Source of the DNA: Neovahlkampfia damariscottae
Taxonomy: Eukaryota
Length of the DNA stretch: 64,000 nt
Direction: 5' to 3'
NCBI GenBank assembly: GCA_016618085.1
Contig: JABLTG010000011.1
Span: forward strand, 1 to 64,000
Positions 35,981 through 50,771 of the stretch are shown piece after piece (position 1 is the first letter of the stretch; the number at the start of each line of letters is the position of its first letter). The translations under genes were made by a program, and so were the position numbers. Under the pieces are notes generated by a model. It saw only the letters and a list, made by a program, of their open reading frames with translations, ran no database searches and was not told the DNA's origin.

Positions 35981-38834
35981 TTAAATTTGCAATAATTCTT
36001 TGTGAGATACTAAAGAAAATTCGAATGGTTGTTTATCCATAACTGTGAATAATTTTATGACAGTTGATCTATTGAAATCATCCAATACTATTGAATCTTC
36101 ATCATAAAAGTCATTCAATTCAGAATCAAATATCAATTTAACAACTTCAGTTAATCGTTTTTTACTGCAAAAAAAATAAATTCATTTTTTTCTTACCAAA
36201 TCAACTCACAAAGAAAATATGAAATTTTTTCATTTTGGGTTAAATCGACACCAAGATCATTAATTTCTTTGATGAAAGCTTCAACACTTTTTAAATTTGA
36301 TAATATATCCCAAAAGTGATAATTTGAATCTTCTTTAATTTTATCGTTGAAAAAAAATGATATTGAAATTAGAAATTGATATTTTACATATTGTCCAAAA
36401 ACATAATTTTCTTTTTCATCTCCAATTGAATCAAAACTTTCACCAAACTTCAAATCATCACATTTTTGTTGGAAATAATTCAATATGTTCGTGATTGACT
36501 TTTTTAAAAATTCCATACAATTGATGTCTGTAATTTTGTCAATCGAAAAGCATTCAATTTCAATAGGTCTGATAATGATATCACTGCTTTTTTGTTTGTT
36601 CTCCTTTTTGATGATTTTTGTTTTTATTGGTTTATTTTTTACATATTTTTCTAGAAAAAATTAGAATTATTTCTTAAAAAAAAAACCATCAGTGAGTTGT
36701 TTCAAGTGATCCCAGGATTTTGGAGTTTCAACTGTTGGGCTCCTTTCTTTTGAATTTCGTTTTTCGATACTCGGCATATTCGTTAAATCAATACTTCTTA
36801 ATTTTGGAGCTGTATCAATGGATGTCTCAATAGAATTCGTTCCAATCATAAGTGTACTTGAAAATGAATCATTTACAACTTCAGCAGTTTCCTAAGATAA
36901 AAATTAATTCAATATCGAACTTACATTCATTTGTTTTATTTCACCAATATCCTTAAATGCTTTTTGAAAAGTTTGAAGACCTCTTAGGAATAAATTTGAA
37001 TTGACTTTAATTGGTTTCATTTCTTGATCTTCATTAATCCAAAATGTTGATGATAAATTTTGTAAAAATGATTGAGCAATTGGTATACTTTCTTCAATTA
37101 ATTCTTTAACATTCATCATAAATTTTTCTTTTTGATTTTCATTAACTTTGATACCATTTGCAACATTTTGAAGAATTTTAGTCAATAGGATATTTGTTCT
37201 TAATAAATTTGGTTTTGGAGCTGTTTCTACAATTCTATTATCAACTGGTGAAATTAAAGCAGGATTAAAAAATCTTAAGAAGAAAATTCCACCAACACAT
37301 GTTTCACCTGAACCTTCAAATTTCTTATTTGATGTTTCATAAGCATAATTTAAAATAGTCTTTAATTCACTTTTTGAACATTGATTAATTTAATAAATTT
37401 TACAGAGGAAATGCGTCGACAGTGTCTGTAAGTACATTCAAAATGGAGCGTGTAACCTTTTCAATTCCTTTAATATTCTCTTCTAATGACTCATCTTCTT
37501 TAACTTTGGTTGAATCAATCTTTCAAAAAGTTTAATTTTTTTTTCAATTTCAAACCTCTAATTTCAAATCTTCTTCCAGCATACTCTGAACAAGTCCACC
37601 TAAAACAAGCTGTAAATATTTTTGTCCTTTAATTTTAAAATAAACTGTAATCAATTTTGATGCCAAAGAATTTCTTCTGAATATAGTTTCACTTGAAACT
37701 AAAAAATAAGTTTTGTGTTAAAAAAAAGAATTTTTTTTTTTTTTTACTATTTGCTTCAACTTCTTTATCAATACCAAGTTTTATAAGTTTTACAATATCT
37801 TTATCAAGTTGATCAAATAAAACAACTAAAGATAAAACAAATTCATCATTAATTTTGTTAATGTTAACATAGTTAAAGTATTCAAGTATTTCTTCATGTG
37901 TATTGTGTTTAAATATTGTTAAAAAAGGTCTAAATTGATCCATAACTGAATAAACATGACTATCAATTTTGATATTTTTATTTGAAAGTAAACAACTTAA
38001 ATAATTCTCCCAAACACTTCTTTTTTCATCTGAATCTAAAGATATAGTATAATTCTTATCAAGTATATCCACATCATTCCTTTTTGAATGAGAAGCGTAA
38101 ATTGAAATTTTGAAACTTTTCATAAAAAGTGGATCTTTCTTTGGAGCTGAATCTATCACTTCATTTATACTAATTTTTTCAAAATTTGTTTTTAATTCTT
38201 TTTCTTCTGCTTCAAATTTTTCTTGTACAGCTTTTTTAAAAAGACCAAATCCACTTTTACTTCTGTCTTTTATACCGTCAAAAAATTTTTGTGAATTTCT
38301 TTTTTTTTTGTATTCTTCTAATTCAGAGTTTGATCTTGCTCTTGTTTGTTTTATTTCTAAATCTATTTCACCAAAAGGTTCTTCGTCTTGTTCATTTGTA
38401 AAGTAAAGTAATTTATTTTTTGTTAACCTTCCATAGTAGGGTATAAGTGATTTTTCTTCATCTGAAACATCTTCTTCAATTTTTAGTTTACCACATAAAA
38501 GATATTCTTTTTTTGTTTAATTTTTTTTAAAAGGTTTACTTGGTGGTTTGATTTTTGGTTGTGTTTGGTTGGACATGTCTGATAATGAATTTGAACTCAT
38601 GACAAAATCTGTTTCTTCTAAGTTTCCACTTGATAATTTTCTACGTGGTGTTAATGGATTTCTTGGTGTTTTTGGATCTTTTCTTCCAGGACTTTTTGTT
38701 GAAATTAATGAACCAGATCTTCGTGGACTTCTTGGACCTGATTCACCTAAATTTAAATTTAAATTTTTAACTGAAGATAATTTGTTTGGACTCTGTGGTT
38801 CTTCTTGTGAACCAAGACTAACCTCACTCGTCAT
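35981..38834 (-). CDS. RasGAP-domain protein with C-terminal RUN-like domain (multi-exon)
   Basis: FRRNSLASKL, VGGIFFLRFFNPALISP, KILQNVAN; C-terminal FWD.L...FYDEDSI...F.FSL is RUN-like. Confidence 0.85.
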
Positions 38835-38980
38835 GACAAAAAACGATAAAATATTAGACCAATCAAAATACCCCATATTTTAAAAAATTGTTTGAAATTT
38901 TTTTCAAAACAAAATAAAATTGATACAAAAATACTTTTAGAAGAATATCCAATCAAAAACGTCGAAAAAATTGAAAACTG

Positions 38981-39322
38981 ATGAACTGTCAAGCTACCAC
39001 AACTTGTTCAGAAATTAATTTCAAAAAAGCAACACCAAAACAAGTAGATCACACTTTCAAAGTACTCTTCAGTGGAGAAAAAACAATTACAATACAATAT
39101 CCTCATCCATTTTTAGATTCATTCGGATCACAAGATTTGTCTCTCAACAATGATTCAAATGATGGGGAAGATTATGTCTTCTACCCACCAAACAATAATA
39201 CCGGAAAAGTTGCTCGTTTCAAAATTAATCTCAAAGAGAACACTTACATATTTAGCCATGGAATAGGAAGCGGAATTTATCGAGGATCTAGTGAAGAAGG
39301 ATATTTCACACTTGAGAAATAA
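38981..39322 (+). CDS. Hypothetical beta-rich protein
   Basis: 113-aa intronless ORF with CCAAT upstream. Confidence 0.55.
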   Translation: MNCQATTTCSEINFKKATPKQVDHTFKVLFSGEKTITIQYPHPFLDSFGSQDLSLNNDSNDGEDYVFYPPNNNTGKVARFKINLKENTYIFSHGIGSGIYRGSSEEGYFTLEK

Positions 39323-39351
39323 ACAACTTTTTTGAAACTAATTTCTTTATT

Positions 39352-41780
39352 TTACAATCTTAACAGTTGAATTGGATGTGATTTTGATTCAACTTTCAAA
39401 GTAAATGGACAATATTCACCTTGATAATAAGTTGAAACTACAACTGTTAATGTTATATTTTGAACTTGTTTCAATTCACAAAAACAATAAGAATTTCTAT
39501 AATCACCTGAAGTAGCAATAACAATATCAGTTGTTGCAAGATGAACTCTTTCCCCATTAAATTGACAAATAACAATATTCACTGAAATATTATCAATTGT
39601 TTCTAACGATAAAATAACATCAGTTGTTTTTTTAATAATTAATTCAAATTGTGGATTGATACAATAGGTTGATGTATTCATCACAGAACCACCTGAATTC
39701 AATTTATTCCATTCCGAAAAAATAATTGATTTATGAGGATATGGTTTCAATTCATTAAAATAAATAGGTACAGTTGAATAAACTTTCAATGAATATCGAA
39801 TTGGTTTCATTTCATCATATTGAGATAATAACAATGTATAAAAATGTGATTTATCTTCATTTGAATGTAGACTAATCAAATAATGTGGATTGTTTGAATA
39901 GACTCCTTCAATAAGTGGTATTCCTTTATACAATTTTCTTTCTTCTCCTTGATAAACATGAAATGTTATATAATCTTGATATTTAGTTGTTAAAGATTTA
40001 ACATGTTTTGTTAACATTATCCAGACTATTCCTTTTCCTTTTATCATTAATTGATATTGTGGATTGTATGACATGTTAAAAGTGTCTTTTTTTATGATTG
40101 GACATTCATTTAATTTCCATGAAATATGTCGGATTGATGAATGATTAAATAATTCAGGATTCCAACTTAAATGTAAAGTTGAAAAATATTGACATAATGA
40201 ATCAAAATCTAACCAAAAAATACCTTCATCATTTTCATATTCTTTTTTTAAATCATAATTCAATTCTTTCATTAAATCAAATGACCAACTTTTTTTGTCC
40301 CTTGATGAGAATTTTCCTTTCCAACCTAAGGTTTTCCATGGGTTTTTTAACTTGATTAATTTCAAATTTGAGATTTCTTTAACATCTAAAACAGCATAGG
40401 CATGATTTGAAAATAAACCAATATCATTGGATGTTTTTGAATCTATATCTCCTGTTGATGCAGTTATCAAACAATCACCAAATGAATAACCAGAAGTTAA
40501 TCTTTTCCATGTTATATTATGATTAAATTCCGTTGATTTTAATAAAATTTCTTCTGGAATCCATCCTGTCAAATGATGAATGTCAATTCCAGAATTTGAT
40601 CCTTGAAATGAATAACCACCATTTAATTTCATATATGCTTTCTCCAATAAACAAATCCACAATTCATTTTTTGAATATGAAGTTAATAAATTTCCAAATT
40701 TGTCAATTGGAAAATAATCATCAATAATGACTTTTCTCTGAATTCCATTGAAGAATAACTTGATGGCATATTTCCCTGAAGGATTAATAATTGGTTCACC
40801 TTGTTGATTTTGTGGGTAAATCAAATTAGAAATCAACTTTTTTTTATATTTTGATTCAAAAATTGCTGAAACAATTAAAGAAGCAACAAAACTACAATCA
40901 GAAACAACGTATTGTGTAACATTTTCAATATTCAAATCTGAAATTATTGTTGGTTTTTTTATGATTTCAGAAATTCTCTTCCAAGAATGAAAATGTATCT
41001 CTTGTTGTTCTGATAATTTTAAAACACCATCTGGATCAATGAACCCTTTTTTATCATTTAATTCTTCATTTTTATCAAATGCATCAATCCATGGTAAAAA
41101 TAATTTGTCGTTAATGATACTTGATTCTCTCAGGACTTCAATTTCTTTATCTGAAAGACAATTTTGTTTTATTGATTTTAGATCACTTGAAGCTCTTCTT
41201 ATTGTGTTTGTTAATCTTTTGAGTTTCTCAGCTCGATCTAAAATTTGTGTTATTTTTTTTTTTAATTCTGGTTGGTTTGAGTGTTTCAATAACTGAAAAT
41301 ATGAATAAAAAGTTGAAAAAGTATTACATCAATGTACTGCTGAGTTGATTCAGTGTACCAAATAAGAGCTTTTTCATATTCTTTTTTTGTGTCATAGTCC
41401 AAAGCCTATAGAAAAAAAAAGTTAAATTTGTCAAAAGTGACTTTTTACTTTTTCATAGCAATAAATAGCATTTGAGTGAATAAAAAATATTAAATTATTT
41501 GTATTTCCGTTTATTTGATGGTTTTTAATTGACTCTGCTCTTTCCAGTGCAAACTAAAGAATAAAAAAAACTTGATAAAAAATACTTGTGCTTGACTTTT
41601 TATAACTGTTTTACATCTTTCATTTTTTTCTGATTTTAAATAATCCAAGAGAGTGTCTATAGATTTTATATAACTCGTTTTCGAAGAAGAAAATTGTTGT
41701 TCTGATTCTTCTCTTGCTGCAATCATGAGTAGTTTTTGAATTCTCTGAAATTTATTTACTCTAGCCTGCTCGTCACTCAT
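39352..41780 (-). CDS. CAPN7: Calpain-7/PalB (MIT + CysPc + C2-like III domains)
   Basis: Catalytic VSDCSF, NHAY, KNPW; GSNSGID, LSWNP, YNPQY; N-terminal MIT exons. Confidence 0.93.
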
Positions 41781-41858
41781 CTTCAAAATGACAACGGAAA
41801 ACCGGATGAGTAAAGAAAAAATTGACAAATGAAAAAAAAGAGTATTTTCATTGGTCAC

Positions 41859-44800
41859 TTAAGGAATGATTTTATTCAACACATTGTTTTCACATTCATA
41901 AGAAATTTGTGAAAAGTATTCATCATTTTCAATTACTTCTTTTGACGGAAATATTTCAATTTCATCACAAAATAATGATGATCTTTTTTGAACAATAATT
42001 TTCTTTTTAATGATTCCATCAAATTCTAATTGATCTAATAATAGATCTAAATCAGAAGGAGAGAGATAAATCATGTGTTCTAATAAATCTTCTCTTCTAA
42101 TACCAGGGTTGAAATAGATTTTTTCAATTAAAGAAATTCTTCTTTCTTCTATTAATTTGAGATTGAATTTTGCTGTTGAAATATTTCTAAATGGATTCAC
42201 AGGAACTGAGTTCTCTTCATCAAATTTAACAATTTTTTTAAATTTTTTTTCTTTTGGTACAGATTCAGAAATTGGTCTTATTTCTGTATTTTCTTGAACT
42301 GTTTCGTCAACTACTTCTTGTTTTTCAATTGAAGATGGTAAAATTTTAAAACATTTTCCAAATAAATTTGAGAAATAGATTTTATCATCAAATGAATTTG
42401 CTTCAAAAATTAAATCAAAATTACAAAGATGTGTCAGCACTTCTTGGATTTTTTCAAAATTTTCATATTTTTTTTTCAATTCTGCTTTTAAAATACCTCT
42501 CTTTTTTGATTCAAGAATTTGTTGATAGATTTCTTTGATTAATTTTAATTCTTCAATTAAATCAGGATTTGAAATTGAATCAAATAAATGTGAAATAAAA
42601 TGAAATAAAGTCAATAGTTCTTCATGATCTTTACAAAATGGCAACAATAATTCTCTTTAAAAGTTAATTCAATTTTTTTTCTCACTTTGTTTGTTCTGTG
42701 ATTTCATCAATTGATTCACCAGTGAAATCTCCTCTGAAATTAAGAACAGGATTTAATTTTGGAATTAAAGTTGGATCAATAACTGGATTAACAGAAATTA
42801 AAATATCTGGAAGTGCAAATCCTTCTTGGTCAGCTTTTCCAGATACAAAATCAACTCCTGTATGTTTGACAGCACCAATTTCTGTTAAATGATTGAGAAC
42901 TGAAACTGAAGAGTCTTGATCATTTGAAGTTGTACTTGTTGTTGGTATGTCATCTTCATTTGTAAAGAATGGTGTGAGTTTGATTTTGTCATTCGAAATC
43001 ATTGTAAGGAATGAAGCGACATTTCCTGAATCAAATTCATTACTTGCAGGGTCTATATCAAAACCATAAAATAATGAATCTGAAGGAGTTGTTGAGTGGA
43101 TGTTCACTTTTTCAACTTTTTCATTGAATGATTTTATTCCTGCTTGCATATTTTTGAGAAGATCAGGAACTGAATGAGAATAATTTTGTGATGTTTTAAC
43201 TTTAATCCCTTTTAATCGTTGTTCACCATGAAGTCTTGATTTCACTAATGGATCTTTTGATCTGTTTCTTGAAAGATATCCATGTTTCTTCAATTTTTCA
43301 ATAGTCTGTTGAATTTCAAGTGGGACAAACGCAGAAAAAGCTGTATGAGCAGCTTCTATTGAATATTCATCAGATGCTGAGAGATCAATTGATTTAATAA
43401 AATCATAAATCAAAGATTCTTTTGGATTTAATTTCAACTCTGTTTTTTGACCTTCTAAAGTATGAGTAATATATTTTTCATTGAATTCTTTTAAGGTTTT
43501 TGGCAACTGTATTTTAATGACATTGTCTTCATTTAGTATGTTTGATTCTGTTAATATTTTATGTATATCAATTTCAGATTCCACTTCTTTTTGCTCGAGA
43601 ACGAATTCAATGACTGGTCTGATGTATGAATATTTGATTAAATGTCTCCATCGAGAATAACAATTCTTTTTGGATTTTTCTGGGAAGTTTTCCGAAATTC
43701 TTGCCCAATCCACCATTGAATAATCAAAAACTCCTCTTTCATTCTTTTTGAGTTTTGAAGCTGTTAATTCCAATAATTTTATGTCTTCTTCTGGTTTCCA
43801 TGATTTTCTACGAATAATTTCTTCTTCATCTTCTTTTTCATCTTCTTCAATTTCCATTACATCATTGACATCAGTTGGAGGTACAGGTGTTGGAGATTCA
43901 GTCATATCTTTTGACTTTTCCTTCTGATCTGTTTTCTTTTTTTTTGTTGATGATTCAGAGAGTACTATTTTTCTTTTTGCTTCATGAATTGGGTAGTGTT
44001 CATGATATCTGAAGAAAAATAAAACAATTGTGTCAAATGGAACTCTTAATTTCTTTCTGAGTTCAAGACATTTTTCACAACTAGGAAGAGGATCTTTTTC
44101 ACGATATTCATGTAACATTTTGATTTGATTTTTACTGAGCTTTCGAATTTCAGACCAATGAATTGGATCTGAAAGATCAATATCTGGAAGAAGTTTATCT
44201 AAAACATCTTTTTTATAGGTTAGCGAGACATCTTGTTCATCCTCTTTTGGTTTCACCAAAAAATCAACACCAGTCTTTCCAATGCAATAATCTTTAAATT
44301 CATTCCAAAAAATTTCAACATCATCAACAGAAGAAAAGGAAAATGTTTTTTGAGAAACATCGTCTTTAAGTGTATATCCTTTTGATAATGTTAAAATCTC
44401 TTTGTTTTCAGATACTCTAAGGAGCTGCAGTTTTTCTAAAGTCAGAATAAAGTCATCAAATCTTGGCAATACAACATTGGTTCTAATTTGAGTTGAGAAC
44501 AAAATATTTCCAATCTCAGGATTCATATCATTAATTTTTGTGTGTAAATGATTTTTTAAATTAGGTACTTCATTTCCACATCCAATAATTCTAAGATAGG
44601 AGTCAATTGTCATGTTGGCAAAAATATCAGATCTATTAAAACTGAATACTTCATTGCTCATACATTGGGAAGATAATGCCCATAACATTTTGTGAAATTC
44701 TTTAACTCTAGACATTTTAGCAATTAAGTAACCATATCTCAAAGAGATATATTCAATTTTTCCACTTGGAGATACTGTGGTTCTAGTTCTACCAATCGGT

Positions 44801-46555
44801 TCAGTATCCAAATGATTGATTGTAAATCCTTTTGAAACTGGAAGTGTGTTGTTTGTTTTCTTTTTTAATTCCGAATTTCTTAATGAAGTTACAAATCCAG
44901 AAATTTCTTCACTTTCTGCAGAATTATCAACATCAGGAAGGATAATGCATCTGATTTCTTTTTCACCTACACGAAATGATGGATAAGACAGCAAAATATC
45001 TTTCAATTTGCCTTCCTCTTCAAGATATTTGACAACTCTGTCTCTAGTTTTTGAATCTTCAATTCCGACATCTCTCCTGATATCAGTGATGGATAAAATT
45101 TTTCTTTCAGTGAGAATTTCCATCATCTTATCGGCTCTTTCATAAAACTTCTCAGAATATTTAACTTTCTTTTCAAACTTTTTGTTGGCATCTGTTTGAG
45201 ATTTTCCAACTGAAAATATATTTACACGAGAAGAATCCGCTGATGAAGGAGAAGTTGAAACTTCACCAGAAAATGTTTTCTTTGGACTTTCATTAATTGT
45301 TAAATTCAATCCTCCAACTTCTTCTTCTTCTTCTTCTTCAGATGTTACGTATTCAATTTCTTCTTCTTCATCATTTTTTTGTTTTCTGACTTTTTTTTTT
45401 CCATGCTTTTGTGGAAAAGTCACAAAAATATGTTTTTCAGATGTATTAACTTTAAGTCCAAGTTTCTCTGCATCAGCACATAATTTTGAGCTTATTTTTT
45501 GTGAGATTCCAAATTTACCATAAATTTGTTTGTGAGTCAATCCATTTTCACTCTCAGCAACAGCATGATAGATTTGATAAACAATTGGAACTTCTTGGAC
45601 ATAACCAACTTCCTCCACTTCTTCATCTTCTTCTTCTTCACCCTCTTTTTGGATCCATTTCAATCCTCTTTTTGATTTATTCTTATCATCACTATCTTCA
45701 ATGACAATTTGTTCCACGTTTCCAGTTTTACATAATTCATTCTTAATTCCTTCCCATCTACTACGTCCTAATTTTGTTGCTGGAACTTGAAATTGAGATT
45801 TCAATTCTACTTCAAGTAAGACTTCTTTTGGATTTTTTTTAAACATTTCTAAAATTTTTTCAATTGTTTCTTCTTTGAATTGATGAACTTTTTCAACTTC
45901 AGTTTTTTCTGGATCTAAAGGCTGAAACTTCACCAACCAAGTGCTTTCAAGATGTTAATAAAATTGGATTTTTCTTACATTTTTGTTGTAACTTTATTGA
46001 TTAGAGCACTTCTTGTTGGAGTGATCAAATTTTTTCCGATTAATTTTTTTAAATGATAGTTCATATTTCTTGGATCAATAGAGAGAACTTTTCCAAGTAT
46101 ATTTTGATAAGAAGGTTCATATCTGTGTTTTCCAATTTCTAAATTTTAATTTTGAAAAAAAAGGTACCTTCTAAAAGTCCATATTGAATATCGGACAAAA
46201 GATTACGAACAGCCTCTGATATACCAAGTGAACTAAGTCTCATTTCGTAACTTGTAACCAGTATAATTTTTTCATTGAAGGAAAGTTCGTTTTTCTCTAA
46301 TTTAACTCTATTTGGAAATTTTAAAACTCCTTCTTTCGTGAATTTCAATTCACCTATTTCATTTTCTGGGTATGGTTCATACATAGTTACATCGTTTTCA
46401 TCTTTCAATAACGAAAATATTTTTTTTTTTAAGAAATCATCAAAAGAAAAATTTGAATATTTTCCAACGATAATATCATACATTTCAGAGAAAGTACATC
46501 CATTATATCCAAAAAGCGAAATTTCTTGAAGACAACTTTGAAAAATAACGTCCAT
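41859..46555 (-). CDS. GTF3C1: TFIIIC B-box-binding subunit 1 (Tfc3/GTF3C1-like)
   Basis: LQEISLFGYNGC start, YGYLIAKMSRVKEFHKMLW, winged helices, DWARIS, C-terminal IYFNPGI. Confidence 0.8.
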
Positions 46556-46670
46556 TTCTTCAAATTTAACGTGATTGGAGAATTGAGTGAACCAATGAAA
46601 ATAAGAAAGATTTTAAATCAGGCTAAACAAGACAAATAAGAATAAAAAAAAAATTAAATTTGTATCATCC

Positions 46671-48566
46671 ATGAAATCTGTAGACAAAGTAAAAGTATAT
46701 TGTCGATTTAGACCACAACTTAAAAATGAAATCCAAAACAAAGGAACTACTTGCATAGAGTTAAAAAAAGTTGACAAAAATGATGTGGTCAAAATTTTAG
46801 TAAATCAACATTCTGAAATTTAATATGTAAAGGATGAAAATAGAAATTTGAAATTTACTTTTCCAAAAATTTTTGATACAAATTCTTCTCAAGAAGATGT
46901 CTTTAATGTTGTTGCAGCATCAAAAATAAAACAATTAGTAGCTGGCTATAATGTTTCCATTTTTGCTTATGGACAAACAGGTTCGGGAAAAACGCACACT
47001 ATGCTCAATATGGTTCAAAACAAATGATTAATTTTTTTTTTGAAAGGATGAAAATGATTTAGGTTTAACACCAAGAATGATTGATTTAATTTTTGAACAA
47101 TTAAATGAAAAAAGTCATAAAACTAGTATAATCTCTTCAGTAACAATGAAATTTTATGAAATCTATCTCGAAAAAGTTAATGATTTACTTGATTCGTCAA
47201 AAGAAAATTTGAATGTCAAAGAAAATTTAGAAGGAAATTTTTATGTTGAAAATTTAACAGAAATTGAAATTCATTCAACAAAAGATGTAATATTGATCAT
47301 CAAAATTAAACTTTCAAAGGTTCTTGAAATTGTAAAAAATGGATTGGTAAATAGAAAAGTTTCAAGCACAAGTAAGAAAATAAAAAAAAAAAAATGACTT
47401 TGAAAAAATAGAAATAAATGAATATAGTTCAAGAAGTCATTCCATTTTGTCATTGAAAATTTATCAATTGGATACCGAAAGTTCACAAAAAATGACATCA
47501 GAATTAGATGTTGTTGATTTAGCTGGTTCTGAAAGAATGAATAAATCTAAGTTGATTCAAAAACAAGAAGAAGAAGCAAAGAGTATCAATTTATCATTAA
47601 CTACACTTGGAAAAGTTATCTATGCTCTTTCATGTAATTATCAACATATCCCAATTCGTGAAAGTAAATTAACCAAATTACTTTCAAATTCATTGGGAAA
47701 TGGAAATGCATTCACTGTTGTAAGAATAAAATTATGATATATTAATGATTCTCAAATTAGTTATTGATTAATTGTTCTTCATCAAGTTTTAGTAAAGAAG
47801 AAACTATTTCTACTTTAAGATTTGGTCAAAGAGCTCAAGTGATTAAAATTAAACCAAAATTGAATATCACAAAAGATGAAGAATTACAACATCAATTGTT
47901 AAAATTAAAAAAAGAAAATCAAAATTTATTGAAAAGAACAACATCCTTGCAGCATGAATTGAGAAGTTTTAAAAGCAATAGAAACAGTTCAAATAAAATT
48001 ATTAATAATTCAGAATCTATTCAAAAATTAGTAAGAAAATGAATTGAAAAAATTGAAAAAAAAAATAGAGTATTGAAATCCAAAAAAAGGAGAAAGATTT
48101 CATAAAATCAAAAATTTTATTGAATGAAAAATTGAACATCATGATGAATTCTATTCATAATATGAGAAAAATTGAAGTTGATTTACGTCAAAAAACTGAT
48201 TTAATGAATAGAAATTTCAAGAGATATTCATCAAAAGTTTTAAGAATTTTAGATAAATCAAGTCAATATGATGAAAATACAATAGTTTTAAAATGTGGAA
48301 ATGTATCATTCAAAAGAAATGATGAATGGAACTCTGTTTGGGCAATCATTTCAAAAGAATTTCAATTTTTAAAGTGTTACAAATCGATTAAAGTAAACAA
48401 AGTTAAGATTTCTAATATTTCAAAGAGTATTGAATTTGAAAAATTCAAAATAATTGATAAACCTATCAAAATTGATGATTTTACATTTTCAATTTCTAAT
48501 ATTCAATTTCGTGTTGAAAAAGAAGAAGATTTGATGGATTGGATAAATAATATAAATTTAGTTTAA
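46671..48566 (+). CDS. Kinesin motor protein with coiled coil and PH-like C-terminus
   Basis: VYCRFRP, AYGQTGSGKTHT, SSRSH, DLAGSE, HIPIRESKLT, ETISTLRFG. Confidence 0.92.
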
Positions 48567-49244
48567 TCATCTTCAAAATCATCTTCACCAGAACTTGTGT
48601 CATCTTCACTGTCTGTGTCTTCAAGATCATCATCTTCTCTAATATATTCTGATACATTTTTTTTTACAAATTCGATGTTAACTTCAATCATTATATCACT
48701 ATTTGATGAATTTTCAATTGAATTCATTGCATTTTGAATTAAAAATTCTGCCACACCTTTAGTTAATTGTCCAATATAAAAATTAACAATTTTTTGTTTT
48801 TGTTTTCCAAATTTTTTTCCAGATTTGAATTGTATTATTTTTCCTTTATAAAAGAATTGGGTTATAGGTGTACCTAAAACTAACATTGATGAATCACAAA
48901 TATCTCTCTAAATTTTTTAATTCTATTTTTTTTTAAATACATATTCTTCTTGATTGACAAGAAAAACTTTTAATTTTTGTTGTTGAAATCTTTCATTAGA
49001 ATTTGATAAATGTTGTAAAACTTTTAGACTTGTAAAGCAAGGATAAATATATTGAACCTTTTGAAAATTTAGTTTTGAAAAATAAATCAGTTACCCCATA
49101 ACCAACTATAAACAAACTTGATGATGAAAAGTTGAATAAAAATTACGATTCGGAATCGGACTTTATTGTTTTTAAAACCTATGAGTTTAATGATGAATTA
49201 ATTCAACAAACCTCATCGAATGGTGTAAAGGAAATTTGTTCCAT
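48563..49244 (-). CDS. Thioredoxin-fold-like hypothetical protein (multi-exon)
   Basis: Spliced ORF from ATG 49244; LGTP..QFFYKG cis-Pro-like motif; acidic tail. Confidence 0.45.
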
Positions 49245-49355
49245 TTTTATTGGTGGAGTTTTTTTATCCAGTAAGATCGATTTTATAAGTATCTCATTTT
49301 TTGGCCAATAAGACGCCTTTTTGAATAAATTTATTGCCACACCACAGAGTAAGAG

Positions 49356-49947
49356 ATGAGTGAAAGAGAACAAAAAAGAGCTGAAAAACAACAAGCTAAA
49401 AAAGAAAAATTGACTACTGAAAGAAAGCAAGGTTTAACATAAAAATAAATTTCTCATTTTTTTTTTAGCTCAAGAAAAAAAAGACAAAGCTACAAAAAAA
49501 GGAACTGGTCACATTAAAAATATTAAAGCTAAAGTTCAAAAAGCTCTTAAAGAAGAAAAAAATACAAACAAAGCAGCAAAAAAAGTATGGCATAACGTTG
49601 TCTTCAGAAGACCAAGAACTCAAAGACTTCCAAAAGCACCAAAATATCCAAGAAGAGGTGTTCAAAAAAGAAACAAAATGGATAAATTTGCAGTTTTAAA
49701 ATATCCTTTACAATCTGAAAATGTTATGAGATTAATTGAAGAACAAAATACTCTTGTTTTTATCGTTAACAAAAACTCAGGTAAAAAAGATATCAAATCA
49801 GCTTTCAAACAAATGTACGAAGCTAAAGTTGGAAAAGTTAGAACTTCAATCAGACCAACAGGAGAAAAAAAAGCTTTCATAAAACTTGCTGAAAAAGAAG
49901 GTGCACCAAAAGCTATCGACGTTGCAAGCAAAATCGGACTTGTTTAA
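49356..49947 (+). CDS. RPL23A: 60S ribosomal protein uL23 (L23a)
   Basis: FRRPRT...PKYPR, LKYPLQSE, NTLVFIV, KKAFIKL, DVASKIG; one intron. Confidence 0.97.
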
Positions 49948-50077
49948 ATAAATTTTATTCTTAGAAAATAAAAATTTTGAACTCAATTTTCTTTTCTTCT
50001 TTTTTTGAGTTCAAAAAAAAAATGGAGTCTCTTTTACCAAGCTGAAATAACTCAAACTTCATTTTTAAAACCTTTAT

Positions 50078-50384
50078 TTAAATAGTTGTAACTTTATGAG
50101 AAGAAGGACCATCACTTCCTGGAACCATCATTGTTATATGAGTACCATTCAATAAAATGGATTCAATTTTATTTTCTTTAACTTTTCCGTCAATTGTTTT
50201 TTCATATTCTGTTACATTTTCTAAAATCATATTCATAAAATCATCAAAACCTTTAAGAGTTCCTGAAAACTCTTTTTCTTGTTTCATCAATACATATATT
50301 TTTGATCCAATGCACTTATCAATAATTTCTTTAAAAGTTAATTATTTAAAATGAAAAACCTAATGGAAGAATTGTTGTGCTCAT
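50078..50384 (-). CDS. LSM5: U6 snRNA-associated LSm5
   Basis: [15 protein letters not shown]...[15 protein letters not shown]...ILLNG..ITMMVPG. Confidence 0.95.
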
Positions 50385-50437
50385 TTCTACTTGTGATAAA
50401 AAACTTTTTGGTTGGTTGAAAAATAGAAAAGGTTTTA

Positions 50438-50704
50438 TTAAAAAATGTAAGGCATGAAAACTTGTGGTTTTTCTTTAATATCCATATTTGAAATCAAGTA
50501 ATTCAATTCTTCATTGTCATCTTCTACAATCATTTCATCTAATTCTTGTTGTTTTTCTTTTTCGTTTTTTTGTTCGTTTTTATTTTTGTTTTCTATTTTT
50601 TGAGCTTTGAATAGATTACATATTTCATTTACATCTGTATTTACAGTTCCTATTTTTCCGAAACTGTTTTTTTCATTTTTCTGTGGTCCGGAGGTGTTTT
50701 CCAT
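50438..50704 (-). CDS. Small hypothetical protein ending FMPYIF
   Basis: ATG 50704 with CCAAT upstream. Confidence 0.45.
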   Translation of the reverse strand: MENTSGPQKNEKNSFGKIGTVNTDVNEICNLFKAQKIENKNKNEQKNEKEKQQELDEMIVEDDNEELNYLISNMDIKEKPQVFMPYIF

Positions 50705-50771
50705 TTGAAGTTGATTTTGGAAATTAGTTTGATTGGTGGGTTGATGGGAAAATTTAGAATCACTTAAAAAT

